In this document: positions 37,938-48,181 of the stretch, piece after piece
Layout of the letters: each line of letters starts with the position of its first letter
Numbering within the stretch: the stretch's first letter is position 1
NCBI GenBank assembly: GCA_019352195.1
Contig: JACAFG010000007.1
Location: forward strand, 10,046-74,045
DNA length: 64,000 nucleotides
Direction: 5' to 3'
Source: Candidatus Saccharimonadota bacterium
GTDB taxonomy: Bacteria > Patescibacteriota > Saccharimonadia > UBA4664
Made by a program: the position numbers and the translations under genes
The notes under the pieces: model-generated
The model's input: only the letters and a program-made list of their open reading frames with translations
The model's database searches: none
Told to the model about the DNA's origin: nothing

Positions 37938-39209
37938 CTAGCCTGCTTCTACCGCTTCATCTTCAAAATAGATTTCACTAAGCGTATCAGTTGAAGCATG
38001 GAAGGGGACTCGTTTAATGACCTCATCCTCCATGCCGGTCATCTTGGCGGTGTGAACAGTATATTCACCGTAGGTGTCATTACAGGCATCAACCGCGTCA
38101 GCGATGCGGATCGTCCGTTCGACATCCGTCTCAAATAACGTCGCCGGCAACTCCGCTACCAACTTCAGTCCGTAACACGTCACCGACAAATGTGTTACCT
38201 TACCAGCCGGCCGCTCGGCAAGGAGTGTCATCGCGTAAGCGTGCAAATCCCCGGTCCCGTACAAAATCGCCGAACTCTTTTTTGATTTATGCCACCACGT
38301 CCGGTCCATGTAGGAGCAGCTGACATCGATCCCTTGCGCGTAATGCTTGCTGCGGCGCAGTCGCCGGCCCATCTTCTCGCACAACTTCATCATGATTCGG
38401 TCGAGGTCTTTGTCCCGGCCAGTAAAGTGATGCAAGGCGTACTGCTGCCCATATGAGCGCCGCTGGAAGCTGACATCATCTACCTCCCAGCCCCGCAGCC
38501 GTAAAAACCACTGGTAGCCGTTAACACTATGAAAGACTTGCTTCCAGAGCTTCCAGACCGGCGCGTCCAAAAATTCCACCGGTGTGGTAATGCCGGCCAT
38601 GACCAGACGTACCTTATTACGCGTATTAATGCCGCATAGATCCATCAGGTCGAGGCTACTATATACCTCCCGCAAATTCTCATGCGTGATCACATCCAGT
38701 CCATCAGGTTTATGCAGACCGGCCGCCAATTTGGCCAAAAACCGGTTTGTTCCAATCCCCACATTACAGGTCAAAGAGTCGCCAATCTCAGCCGCCATCC
38801 GGGTCTTTATCTCACGCCCAATTTCAACCATATCCTTGTGATGCATTCCGAGTGTGCCCTGGAAGTTAATGACCGCTTCGTCAATCGATAGCGGCACCAC
38901 GTCCGGCGAATACTCCTTAAAGAGCTTTGAGAAGCGCTGATGAATGTAAAAGTATTTATCCGGGTCGGACGGTATGATGACAGCCTCCGGAATGACTGCT
39001 AAAGCGTCGCGCACCCGTCCGATCTTCACGCCCCGCGCCTTCATCTCCTTTGACGGGGAGATAATACAGCCGCCCATTGATACGTTAGCGGCCACCCCAA
39101 CCGACTTACCCCGGAGTAACCGGTTGGCTTGCTGTTCGACGCTCGCAAAGCACGAGTTCATATCAACATGCATCACGAGCGGACTGGCATCGTTAATTCG
39201 GTAATCCAT
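37938..39209 (-). CDS. Y-family DNA polymerase (DinB/UmuC-like translesion polymerase)
   Basis: 423 aa; N-terminal HVDMNSCFASVE and SIDEA catalytic motifs of Y-family polymerases. Confidence 0.85.
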   Translation of the reverse strand: MDYRINDASPLVMHVDMNSCFASVEQQANRLLRGKSVGVAANVSMGGCIISPSKEMKARGVKIGRVRDALAVIPEAVIIPSDPDKYFYIHQRFSKLFKEYSPDVVPLSIDEAVINFQGTLGMHHKDMVEIGREIKTRMAAEIGDSLTCNVGIGTNRFLAKLAAGLHKPDGLDVITHENLREVYSSLDLMDLCGINTRNKVRLVMAGITTPVEFLDAPVWKLWKQVFHSVNGYQWFLRLRGWEVDDVSFQRRSYGQQYALHHFTGRDKDLDRIMMKLCEKMGRRLRRSKHYAQGIDVSCSYMDRTWWHKSKKSSAILYGTGDLHAYAMTLLAERPAGKVTHLSVTCYGLKLVAELPATLFETDVERTIRIADAVDACNDTYGEYTVHTAKMTGMEDEVIKRVPFHASTDTLSEIYFEDEAVEAG

Positions 39210-39453
39210 CGTTAATCTCCATTAAAAACCAATGCTGTGACCTCGTGTTGTAGTCGAGCCGGAAGTAGCTCGTCCCGTTACTAACCGAGTACACATAATG
39301 GAGCGTTTTACCCTCCCAAACGGGATGGCATAGATCGACCTGGTGAAAGGTAAAATAGCGTTGCTTCCACTTAACCTTCCAGGGAATCGGATTGGGCTGA
39401 CCCGGCTGATAGATCGCCAATACCCCGACTTCTTCATTGATATGATCTGTCAT
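39193..39453 (-). CDS. small protein translationally overlapping the Y-family polymerase start (possible accessory subunit)
   Basis: 86-aa ORF; 17-nt overlap with polymerase start; no family recognised. Confidence 0.4.
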   Translation of the reverse strand: MTDHINEEVGVLAIYQPGQPNPIPWKVKWKQRYFTFHQVDLCHPVWEGKTLHYVYSVSNGTSYFRLDYNTRSQHWFLMEINDGLPN

Positions 39454-39596
39454 CGCGCCCCCAGAATCAGATCATAGGCCGAACATAGACCGTACACAAG
39501 CATAAGCGTCGATCATATCGCACAGGTGCTACGCGGCGTGATAATTCCTACCCCAAGGGTTAGTCGTGGTATTATGAGTTCGAAAGAAGGTGAATA

Positions 39597-39992
39597 ATGC
39601 TGCGCCTATTAGCTCGGTTTTGTATCACGCTCATCGGGAACGCCATTGGACTGTTAATCGCTGCCTTTGCCTTGTCGGGACTGAGCATCGATACCTTATC
39701 TTTTGTCGTCGTCGTGGTAGTTTTTACCATCATCGAGATCATTCTGGGGCCCTTGCTTGAGAAAATCGCCACCGCCAATGTCCCCGCTATGTCTGGCGGC
39801 ATCGCTTTAGTCACCGCTTTTGTAGGGCTATTTCTCACCAATCTCTTCTTAAACGGTTTAACCATCACCGGCCTCAGCACCTGGATTATCGCGCCCCTCA
39901 TTATTTGGGTATGCACCGTGCTAGCAGCGGTCATTTTACCACTCTTCCTATTTAAGAAAACACTGCGTAATCGAATCGATAACAACCAATAA
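39597..39992 (+). CDS. small polytopic membrane protein (resembles 'phage holin family' PF04020-type proteins)
   Basis: 131 aa, 4 TM helices; assignment from memory of the family. Confidence 0.45.
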   Translation: MLRLLARFCITLIGNAIGLLIAAFALSGLSIDTLSFVVVVVVFTIIEIILGPLLEKIATANVPAMSGGIALVTAFVGLFLTNLFLNGLTITGLSTWIIAPLIIWVCTVLAAVILPLFLFKKTLRNRIDNNQ

Positions 39993-40041
39993 TGGCTTTC
40001 TTCGGTAACCTTACAACCGTCACCAACGATAGTAATCTCGC

Positions 40042-41781
40042 GTGCAATCTATGACAAAGCCGTTACCACCGCGCCACCAAAAAAACCAAGCGCCGTCACT
40101 ACCAAGCCGGACCAGCACCATGACCGCCTGGCTCCATCACCACCTTAAGCTCAGTTGTATCGGCTTAATTTTCGGTGTAGCGGGCTATTTTATGGCGCTC
40201 ACGCCGTCACTTATGCCGCGGCCAGCCTTGTTTATGGGGCTCATTGCGGGCATTAACTTTACCGTTTGGTATGGCTTCGGTCTGATAGTCAGCGCCTGCT
40301 TGCGTTGGCTTAAACTACCAGAGCCCGCGCAATCACGAAAACAGACCATTTGGCGCCTTACCCTGGTCGTGATTGCGGTCCTCATCGTAATCTTTGGCGT
40401 TATGTCAGCCAATTGGCAAAACAGCGTCCGAATTGCCCTGAATCAACCGGTCCTCCAGGGAACTGACATCTTAAGCGTCCTCCTAATCTCAATTCTCACC
40501 GCAGCTGGCATACTCGCCTTATCACGCCAAATCCGGCGACTCTATCGCTACGTCGATCATAAATTGGCCGCCAAAGCGCGCGTCATACCCAGCCGACTGG
40601 CCGCGCTTCTCAGCGTTGTCATTGTCGCCGTTGTCATCGGTCTAACCATCAACGGTGTTGTTCTGCGCGGACTAAAACTCGCCGCCAATAACTTTTATCG
40701 CAGTTCCAACCAACAAACACAGGCCGGCGCCAACGAGCCGTCCACGAGCCTCCGTTCAGGGGGACCGGCTTCACTCGTCAGCTGGGCCAGTCTGGGCCGA
40801 CAGGGACGTAACTTTGTCGGTCAGGGTCCCACGCCCGCCCAACTAACAGCCTTTAGCGCTCAACCGGCGCTCCAGCCAATCCGGGTCTACGCCGGGATCG
40901 ACAGCGCCGACACCATCCAAGGCCGCGCCAATCTGGCGCTCGCGGAGCTAGAGCGTACCGGGGCTTTCAATCGTCAGGTACTTGTCGTTATGACAACGAC
41001 CGGCTCCGGCTGGATCGATCCCCAGTCTTCTGACGCGATCGAATACATGTACAACGGCAACACCGCTCTCGCCACCATTCAGTACTCGTACTTGCCCAGC
41101 TGGATGGCACTGCTCGCTAACCGCGGCGACGCCACCAGCGCCGGCCAGACGTTATTTGATACCATCTACGCCAAATGGCGCACCCTGCCAGCCGCCTCAC
41201 GGCCCAAACTGTACGCCTATGGCCTCAGCCTGGGCTCATTTGGTGGCCAGTCCGCCTTTAGCGGCGCCAGCGATCTGGCAGCCCGTACTGACGGCGCTCT
41301 CTTTATGGGTACGCCTGGCTTTAGCTTCCCGTGGACCAGACTCACCACCGACCGTGCCCCCGGCAGCCCAGAAATACTGCCCGTTTATCAGGACGGTACG
41401 ATCGTTCGCTTTGCCGCCACCAGCGCCGATATCACCGCCGACCAATCGAACTGGCAGGGCTCCCGGACGCTCTATATGCAGCATCCCTCAGACCCAGTCG
41501 TGTGGTGGAGTCCCAGCTACCTGTTCAGCGAACCCGATTGGCTGAAAGAGCCGCGCGGCTATGACGTCTCACCGCACGTTCATTGGTACCCGTTTATCAC
41601 TTTTCTCCAGCTAACCGTCGACCAGTTTTTTGCCAACGACGTTCCCGGCGGCCACGGGCATGATTATGGTTCAACCATCGCCGATGCCTGGCAAGCCGTA
41701 ACGCAGCCCGCCAATTGGTCCGCCAGCCAAAGTGCCAAGCTCCAGCACCTTATCAACACCGTCTCGGCCCAAGAAAATTAA
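40042..41781 (+). CDS. membrane-anchored alpha/beta-hydrolase family protein (Abhydrolase_9-like)
   Basis: 579 aa; N-terminal TM helices then a hydrolase-like domain (VYAGIDSAD..., MTTTGSGWIDP...). Confidence 0.55.
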   Translation: MQSMTKPLPPRHQKNQAPSLPSRTSTMTAWLHHHLKLSCIGLIFGVAGYFMALTPSLMPRPALFMGLIAGINFTVWYGFGLIVSACLRWLKLPEPAQSRKQTIWRLTLVVIAVLIVIFGVMSANWQNSVRIALNQPVLQGTDILSVLLISILTAAGILALSRQIRRLYRYVDHKLAAKARVIPSRLAALLSVVIVAVVIGLTINGVVLRGLKLAANNFYRSSNQQTQAGANEPSTSLRSGGPASLVSWASLGRQGRNFVGQGPTPAQLTAFSAQPALQPIRVYAGIDSADTIQGRANLALAELERTGAFNRQVLVVMTTTGSGWIDPQSSDAIEYMYNGNTALATIQYSYLPSWMALLANRGDATSAGQTLFDTIYAKWRTLPAASRPKLYAYGLSLGSFGGQSAFSGASDLAARTDGALFMGTPGFSFPWTRLTTDRAPGSPEILPVYQDGTIVRFAATSADITADQSNWQGSRTLYMQHPSDPVVWWSPSYLFSEPDWLKEPRGYDVSPHVHWYPFITFLQLTVDQFFANDVPGGHGHDYGSTIADAWQAVTQPANWSASQSAKLQHLINTVSAQEN

Positions 41782-41828
41782 CCCCTGGCAAATAAGAGCT
41801 GACGAACCCACCAGTCAACGACAATCCT

Positions 41829-42614
41829 ATGCTAATACTGCTTCACACCTCCAAAACCATGCGACCACCGGCCGAGGATAACCGCTTCGTTCTTGGCGAA
41901 CCGCCCTTACTTACCCAAGCCGCCACCCTCGCGGCCTATCTAAAAACCTTGCCAGCAAGTAAGCTCGGCCAGGTCATGGGACTTTCATCCAAGCTTGCCG
42001 GCACCACCCATGAGCTTATCTCCAGCTGGTCGTCCGCGCCCAGTCTCCAACGTGCCGCCATCGACAGCTTTTTGGGCGACATCTACAGCGGCCTACAAGT
42101 CTCCACCTGGAGCACTTCAGACCGGGCGTACGCCGATACTCATCTACAAATCTTGTCGGGTTTATACGGCGTTCTGCGGCCTCACGACGGAATTTATCCG
42201 TATCGCCTCGAAATGGGCTACAAACTGCCCGAGGCCAAGTTTGCCAATTTATATTCCTATTGGGGCCACTCTATCGCCGACGTCTTGCCCACAACGGGCC
42301 CGATCATCAACTTAACGGCCGCCGAATATAGCAAAGTCGTCACGCCCTTTATCGATAGTGACCGCCTGATCACGCCGTCGTTTCTTACCGTCAATCAAAC
42401 TACCGGCGAGCCAACCTTTGTCACGGTTCACACCAAAGTCGCCCGCGGTGCCTTGGCCGCGTGGCTAATCAAAAACCGCATTGAAACCCCCGACGAGCTG
42501 CGTGAATTTAACAACCTTGGTTACACCTACCGGGCGGAGCTTAGTACACCGTCGGTACCGGTCTTTGTTTGTAACGTCTACGGCGGACTTGGTTTAAGCG
42601 TCCGGCTGAGCTAG
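41829..42614 (+). CDS. yaaA: YaaA-family (UPF0246/DUF328) peroxide-stress protein
   Basis: 261 aa; N-terminal MLILLHTSKTM matches the YaaA signature (MLxxLSPAKTL). Confidence 0.75.
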   Translation: MLILLHTSKTMRPPAEDNRFVLGEPPLLTQAATLAAYLKTLPASKLGQVMGLSSKLAGTTHELISSWSSAPSLQRAAIDSFLGDIYSGLQVSTWSTSDRAYADTHLQILSGLYGVLRPHDGIYPYRLEMGYKLPEAKFANLYSYWGHSIADVLPTTGPIINLTAAEYSKVVTPFIDSDRLITPSFLTVNQTTGEPTFVTVHTKVARGALAAWLIKNRIETPDELREFNNLGYTYRAELSTPSVPVFVCNVYGGLGLSVRLS

Positions 42615-43063
42615 TCGGCTTGAGGCGTCTCGGCCGATTTGTTTTTACGCGAGCGCTTAATCGCCTTAATGTCGAATAATCCCACCGTTTCTTCAAGCGC
42701 TGCTTGGTTTATCGGGGTAGTTTGACGGCCAATCATAATCAGGCCAATGGGGGACGCCACCGTCAGCCAAAACAGCGAGAACGCCGTGCCGCGGTCAAAA
42801 ATTCGACCCAGCCGAATAGCCGCCGAACCAGCATAGACTGCTCCTGCGTAAGGAACGAGCGACAAATAAAACCAGCGCTTTGGCGCCCCGGTCGCAATAA
42901 TGAGCGCGTAATAGCTAAAAAACGGCAGAAAGGCGTACCACTTAAAGTGGTTCAGTCGTCTCAAAACCATCACCAGACCAATGGTGTACAAGACGTAGGT
43001 GATAGCCAAAAAGATCACCACGACCAGGCCGACGCCCAGTAAAAAGTTGATAAAGCCATCCAT
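42611..43063 (-). CDS. hypothetical membrane protein
   Basis: 150 aa, 4 TM helices, basic C-terminal tail. Confidence 0.45.
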   Translation of the reverse strand: MDGFINFLLGVGLVVVIFLAITYVLYTIGLVMVLRRLNHFKWYAFLPFFSYYALIIATGAPKRWFYLSLVPYAGAVYAGSAAIRLGRIFDRGTAFSLFWLTVASPIGLIMIGRQTTPINQAALEETVGLFDIKAIKRSRKNKSAETPQAD

Positions 43064-43143
43064 GGCCCAAGTATAGCTCTATTTAGGCAAAAAGTAAGCC
43101 AGTCTTCATTCCCAAACGCTCGTCTAGCAGGCATAATGAGCCC

Positions 43144-44622
43144 ATGCATCCAGTGTTATCGGGAATCTGGACCATCACTCTTGCCGGCCTGTACGTGGCG
43201 GGCTGGGTTATTCGGGTATGGTCAATCTTTATTGTTCCGTTGAATCGCCGGCCTAGCTCCGCTCTCAGGTGGTTGCTCGTCATGATGGCCTTTCCCTGGT
43301 TTGGCTTCATCTTGTTTAAACTTATCGGTAGCACAAAGCTACCGGCCAAACGCCAACAAGATCAATATATTGCCGACCAGCTTATCCGCGACGCCGTGAC
43401 TACGGCGGCCAAAGACCCTAAGCTCAAACCGCTGCTCCAACCGGCGGTGCCCGTGCCGTACCGCGCCTTTGAGAAGCTGTCGCACAACTTAGGTGGTCTG
43501 CCGGCCTTTACCAGTAACACGATCGAGCTCATACCAAACTACCCTGACGTCTTTAAACGCCTCAAAGCCGACATTGATGCAGCCACCCAGTTCGTCCACC
43601 TGGAGTTCTATATTATTGCCTGGGACCTACCGACGGAGCTGGTCCTCTTGGCCCTCGGCCAGGCGGTTAAACGAGGCGTCAAAGTCCGGTTGCTGTTCGA
43701 TCAGTTTGGTTCCAAAAAGTACCCCGGCCACGCCACCTTAGTCTCGCGTCTCGAGGCTCTGGGCGCCGAGGTTCATCCCATGCTGCCCGTCCACTTCAGG
43801 CGTCATGACTTTACGCGCCCTGATCTGCGTAATCACCGCAAGATTGGCGTTATCGACGGCAATATTGCCTACACCGGCTCGCTCAACCTTATTAACCGGA
43901 CCTACCACCGTAAAGATGACATTTACTATGACGAACTGGTAGCGCGCTCCACAGGCCCGGTCGTGCCTCAGTTTGAAGCCGTCTTTTTAACCGATTGGGC
44001 CGCCGAAGCCAACGAAATGCTTACCGCAGACATGCATCCCGAGATCCAGCTCTCACCCCGCGCCACTGGCCGCACCTTGGCCCAAGTTGTGCCCAGCGGA
44101 CCGGCCTTTGAAACCGAAAATAATCTCAAACTCTTTGCCGCGCTCATCCACTCTGCGGCCACGACCGTAACGATCGTCAATCCCTACTTTGTTCCTGATG
44201 AATCGCTGCTGGTGGCTATAACCAGCGCCGCTAACCGCGGCGTGCGTGTGTGCATGATCAACTCCGCGGTCAGTGATCAGTTCTTAGTCAGCAATTCGCA
44301 GCGCTCCTACTACGATCAGCTGCTCGCCGCCGGGGTCGAAATCTATCTCTATAACCAGCCTATCTTATTACATACCAAAACGATTACGATTGACGACCAG
44401 GTCGCCATCATTGGCTCCAGCAACTTCGACATGCGCTCTTTCACCCTTAACCTCGAAGTCACGCTCATAGCCTACGACCCCGAAGTCGTCGCCAGTCTCC
44501 AAACGATAGAGCAAACGTATCTGTCTCGCTCCGCCCAGGTAACAGCCAAAGACTGGCACCAACGTACTACCCGCGCGCGCGTGCTGGAAAACATTGCCCG
44601 CCTCACCTCAGCCGTCCAATAG
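43144..44622 (+). CDS. cls: cardiolipin synthase (PLD superfamily)
   Basis: 492 aa; two N-terminal TM helices and two HKD motifs (HRKIGVIDG..., HTKTITIDD...GSSNFD). Confidence 0.88.
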   Translation: MHPVLSGIWTITLAGLYVAGWVIRVWSIFIVPLNRRPSSALRWLLVMMAFPWFGFILFKLIGSTKLPAKRQQDQYIADQLIRDAVTTAAKDPKLKPLLQPAVPVPYRAFEKLSHNLGGLPAFTSNTIELIPNYPDVFKRLKADIDAATQFVHLEFYIIAWDLPTELVLLALGQAVKRGVKVRLLFDQFGSKKYPGHATLVSRLEALGAEVHPMLPVHFRRHDFTRPDLRNHRKIGVIDGNIAYTGSLNLINRTYHRKDDIYYDELVARSTGPVVPQFEAVFLTDWAAEANEMLTADMHPEIQLSPRATGRTLAQVVPSGPAFETENNLKLFAALIHSAATTVTIVNPYFVPDESLLVAITSAANRGVRVCMINSAVSDQFLVSNSQRSYYDQLLAAGVEIYLYNQPILLHTKTITIDDQVAIIGSSNFDMRSFTLNLEVTLIAYDPEVVASLQTIEQTYLSRSAQVTAKDWHQRTTRARVLENIARLTSAVQ

Positions 44623-44699
44623 CCTGACATCAGGTTATGATTTCGTACCAATAAATCTTTTACCCCCGGCTCTAACATAGCCCCAAGGAGTCTTAACCA

Positions 44700-45203
44700 A
44701 TGCCAAATTTCTCACAACCAAGTCACAAAATTACCCCGTTTCTGTGGTTCGACACCGAGGCCGAAGCCGCCATGAACTTCTATATCAGTGTCTTTAAGAA
44801 TTCACGGGTGCTCAGCACCTCGCGCTACCCTGACGCCATGCCAGGTCGCGGCGGCACATTGATGGCCGCCAACTTTGAACTCGACGGCCAGCAATTTACG
44901 GCCCTCAACGCGGGCCCCGACTACACGTTCACCGAAGCCGTGTCATTCTTTGTCTCCTGCGACTCGCAGGACGAAGTCGACGACTTCTGGACCAAACTCA
45001 CGGCGGACGGCGGAGAAGCCGGCCAATGTGGTTGGCTTAAAGACAAATTCGGTCTCAGCTGGCAAATTGTTCCTTCCGCCATGGGGGACTTGTTGGGCGA
45101 TCCAGACCCCGAAAAGGCCAGTCGCACGATGACGGCCATGATGGCGATGCATAAGCTCGACCTGCCAGCTCTCAAGCGCGCCCACGACGGTGAACCCGCA
45201 TAA
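44700..45203 (+). CDS. VOC/glyoxalase-superfamily protein (PhnB-like)
   Basis: 167 aa; ITPFLWFDTEAEAAMNFYISVF N-terminus typical of the PhnB/3-demethylubiquinone methyltransferase-like family. Confidence 0.75.
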   Translation: MPNFSQPSHKITPFLWFDTEAEAAMNFYISVFKNSRVLSTSRYPDAMPGRGGTLMAANFELDGQQFTALNAGPDYTFTEAVSFFVSCDSQDEVDDFWTKLTADGGEAGQCGWLKDKFGLSWQIVPSAMGDLLGDPDPEKASRTMTAMMAMHKLDLPALKRAHDGEPA

Positions 45204-45289
45204 CCAAACGAGGCTTGGGGTAGGTACAATTTCGCCAACAATGTGTTAGAATCAGCGAAACTAACACGCCAACGCGCGCAAGGAGCAGC

Positions 45290-45499
45290 ATGACGAATCC
45301 ACCCAAGTTTTGGCTCGGTCTCATTCTCGCCATTATTGGTGGCTGGGTAGTGTATCTCGGCGCCGATTACGCCAATACCAATTTAGTCGGGTTATATAAC
45401 TCCCCAGCTATTGGTTTTAGCGTAATTATTCTCGGCTTTGTCGGCATCACAACTGGCCTCGTCGTTATGCTCATGGGCTGGCTTGGTAGTAGACGCTAA
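45290..45499 (+). CDS. small hypothetical membrane protein
   Basis: 69 aa, 2 TM helices, GGAG RBS. Confidence 0.4.
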   Translation: MTNPPKFWLGLILAIIGGWVVYLGADYANTNLVGLYNSPAIGFSVIILGFVGITTGLVVMLMGWLGSRR

Positions 45500-45558
45500 C
45501 ACCTGAGCCCCATCAAACCACCCGGCCTTAAGCCGGGTGTTTGGTCGACTCGCAAGTC

Positions 45559-46698
45559 CTAGTATTTGAGCGGTATGCCCTTGATGCGGTGGCGATCGTA
45601 CAGCGAAATAGTGGTATAGAGCAAAATCATAATCACCGGTCCATAGACCACGCCGAGCATACCGAAGAAACTAACCCCGGCAAAGGCGCCCACGAGCAGC
45701 AGCACCGCTGGTAAATTCGACTCTTTAGGCGCCAGATACGGCCGCATGACATTATCGACGTTGTTAATGATCACCACCTGAACCAGCATGATCAACACGC
45801 CCTGCCATGTCTGACCAAGCACCACCAAAATCATCCCGATGGGGAAGAAGACTATCGCCGAACCCAACGGCACGAGCGACAAAAACGTAAACAAGACAAA
45901 CCAAAACGGCAAATATCCAAAGCCGACAATCCACAGCGTCAGCGTCGAGAAAAAGCCCACAATCAGCGCGATGACAAACGTGCCTTTGACCATGGCGACT
46001 GACATCGCCCGCACGGAGCGAAAGTACTCATCATCAATCGCCTCATCAAACGGGCTGAGATGGCGGATCAGCTGCAGGACGTCCGCCTTGCGCGTCAAGA
46101 GAATCGCAAACAGCATAAAAAACACGATGATATCGATAAACAGACGAAAAATGTTACTGCTCGCACTTAACACAAAATTAATGAGCGCCGGACCAATTTG
46201 TTTAGCCGCATTGATCAGCAGATTACGCACGCTATCGCGCGAGACACTCACGCCCGGCACTTGATTGATCCCCGAGGTCAGACTATCTGCCACATGTCTC
46301 AGGTTGTCACTGCTCAGCCAGCCCTGTTGTTGGATCTGGTCATACAGTAACGTCGCATCATAGAGCGACAACGCCACGACAATCACCACCGGAATAATAA
46401 CCACAAGCAGCACAATGATAATCGTCAGCAAGGTGGCAAAGCGTCCCAGTTTTGGTCGTCGTGACAGCCTCGTGTGTAGCGGGTCTGACAATATCACCAG
46501 AAGTGCTGCCAGTGCCAAAGCGCCCAGGTAGTCGCGCACGAAATAAGCACCGCCAACGAGAGCGATAATCAGCAACACGGCCGCCGCTTTCCGACTGGTA
46601 ACAGCCGTGCTTGGCGCCGTAACAGCCTGCGAACTATCGCTTGGTTGTTTGCCGAACAGATTTTTTAGCCAGTTAAACATCGTGTTAGCGTCAGGCAA
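45559..46698 (-). CDS. AI-2E family transporter (second paralog)
   Basis: 379 aa; AI-2E topology and sequence. Confidence 0.8.
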   Translation of the reverse strand: MPDANTMFNWLKNLFGKQPSDSSQAVTAPSTAVTSRKAAAVLLIIALVGGAYFVRDYLGALALAALLVILSDPLHTRLSRRPKLGRFATLLTIIIVLLVVIIPVVIVVALSLYDATLLYDQIQQQGWLSSDNLRHVADSLTSGINQVPGVSVSRDSVRNLLINAAKQIGPALINFVLSASSNIFRLFIDIIVFFMLFAILLTRKADVLQLIRHLSPFDEAIDDEYFRSVRAMSVAMVKGTFVIALIVGFFSTLTLWIVGFGYLPFWFVLFTFLSLVPLGSAIVFFPIGMILVVLGQTWQGVLIMLVQVVIINNVDNVMRPYLAPKESNLPAVLLLVGAFAGVSFFGMLGVVYGPVIMILLYTTISLYDRHRIKGIPLKY

Positions 46699-46748
46699 CC
46701 GTTAATAGACTATATTATCGAATAAATTCAATATAAATGCAAGTTCTT

Positions 46749-47501
46749 CTACCGCTGGCTGCGAGCGGCCATCCGCGCGAGCAAGCGCAAAATCTCGAGA
46801 TATAACCAAATCAGTCCCACCATCAGGCCATAGGCGCCGTACCACTCGTAGTATTTGGGCAACTTTTCTTTACTCGCTCTAGCAATAAAGTCAAAATCTA
46901 GCACCAAGCTCAGCGCGGCCACAATCACAATCGCTACCCCAAAAATAATGGCGTAGTTGCTGTAACCAAACACCAGCGGCGTACTCTGCGAAAACAAACT
47001 AAAGACCCACGAGAGAAGCTCAAACATCACTAGGCCCAACATGGCGGTAATGATTATGCGGGCGAATTTACCGCTGGCTTTGAGAAATCCCAGCGAGTAA
47101 CCCAGAAAGACCGCCGAAAACACCGCCAAAGTGGTAAAGACGGCTTGGCCAACGATGCCTTCGTAAACCGTCGCGAACATCCCCGAAATAATCCCCAGCA
47201 ACCCGCCCTGCAGCACGGCATAAACCAAACTCAGCGGCCGCGCTAGTTTGGGATTAAACGAGATCGTCAGGCCTAAAAAGAAGGTGCTCAGTGACACAAT
47301 CCATAGCGGTAACCAGCGAATAGCCGAGCCCGCGGCGGCCGAACTTACGTACTGCCAAGAGAGAGCCGCGGCAATGATGACCACGACAAACAGCAGCAAC
47401 GTTTTAACGTACGTTCCGGCCTCCGTCATCGTTTTGCCGCCCGCGGCTGCCTTGTCAGTTACGTTAAGACGACTAAAGGCGGGGTTACCTGACTTTTCCA
47501 A
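46749..47501 (-). CDS. Bax inhibitor-1/YccA (TMBIM) family membrane protein
   Basis: 250 aa, 7 TM helices. Confidence 0.7.
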   Translation of the reverse strand: MEKSGNPAFSRLNVTDKAAAGGKTMTEAGTYVKTLLLFVVVIIAAALSWQYVSSAAAGSAIRWLPLWIVSLSTFFLGLTISFNPKLARPLSLVYAVLQGGLLGIISGMFATVYEGIVGQAVFTTLAVFSAVFLGYSLGFLKASGKFARIIITAMLGLVMFELLSWVFSLFSQSTPLVFGYSNYAIIFGVAIVIVAALSLVLDFDFIARASKEKLPKYYEWYGAYGLMVGLIWLYLEILRLLARMAARSQR

Positions 47502-47581
47502 TGAATCTCCGATTGAATGTGAGTTAATGGCTTGCTTTAAGCAAATAATAACAGTTTAACCGTTCTAACCCAAGTACAACG

Positions 47582-47980
47582 TCATAACTTCGTCAGCGAC
47601 GCGACCGTAATAGTCCCATCCGATTTGTAACTGGTAGTGGGGGTCGTGAGATTACCTACAACCGTTAAACGCTGCCCGGTCGGGAGCGAGCCCACCAGCG
47701 TTGGATCGCTGGCATAAAGCGCGTAAGCGGTCCCGCTCGTGGTTTGCAGTCCTAGCGCGCAGCTAGCCGCTTGCTGACTCGTGGCACTTACGGGCGATAG
47801 ACAAATAAGCGTGCCCGTCCAAGTCGACGTAGTGGCCGCTACCTTTGGACTGGGCGACGAGCTACTCCCGCCGTCAGCTGGGCTTAACGTTCGGGGTTTA
47901 AAAATGACATAGCTAGCCGTCGCCACCAATAAAACCACCACGACAGCCCCCGCTACGTAGTACAACGTCGCGCGTTTCAT
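47582..47980 (-). CDS. secreted hypothetical protein
   Basis: 132 aa; signal peptide; Ser/Thr-rich. Confidence 0.45.
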   Translation of the reverse strand: MKRATLYYVAGAVVVVLLVATASYVIFKPRTLSPADGGSSSSPSPKVAATTSTWTGTLICLSPVSATSQQAASCALGLQTTSGTAYALYASDPTLVGSLPTGQRLTVVGNLTTPTTSYKSDGTITVASLTKL

Positions 47981-48181
47981 GCCAGTTTGGCACCAACAAA
48001 CGCGTTACAGGTAGCAGCAGGCATCGGCATGAGGTATCTCCCGGAAGTCATTACTCCCAGTGTATGCCTCGCAGCGACGTTCGAACAGGGCATAACATGA
48101 ACAATCATTGACTAATACACGGAATTAAGCTATAATATATTATCCATCGTTGCACCCTCTCCGTCCGACAGGCCCTCATCC

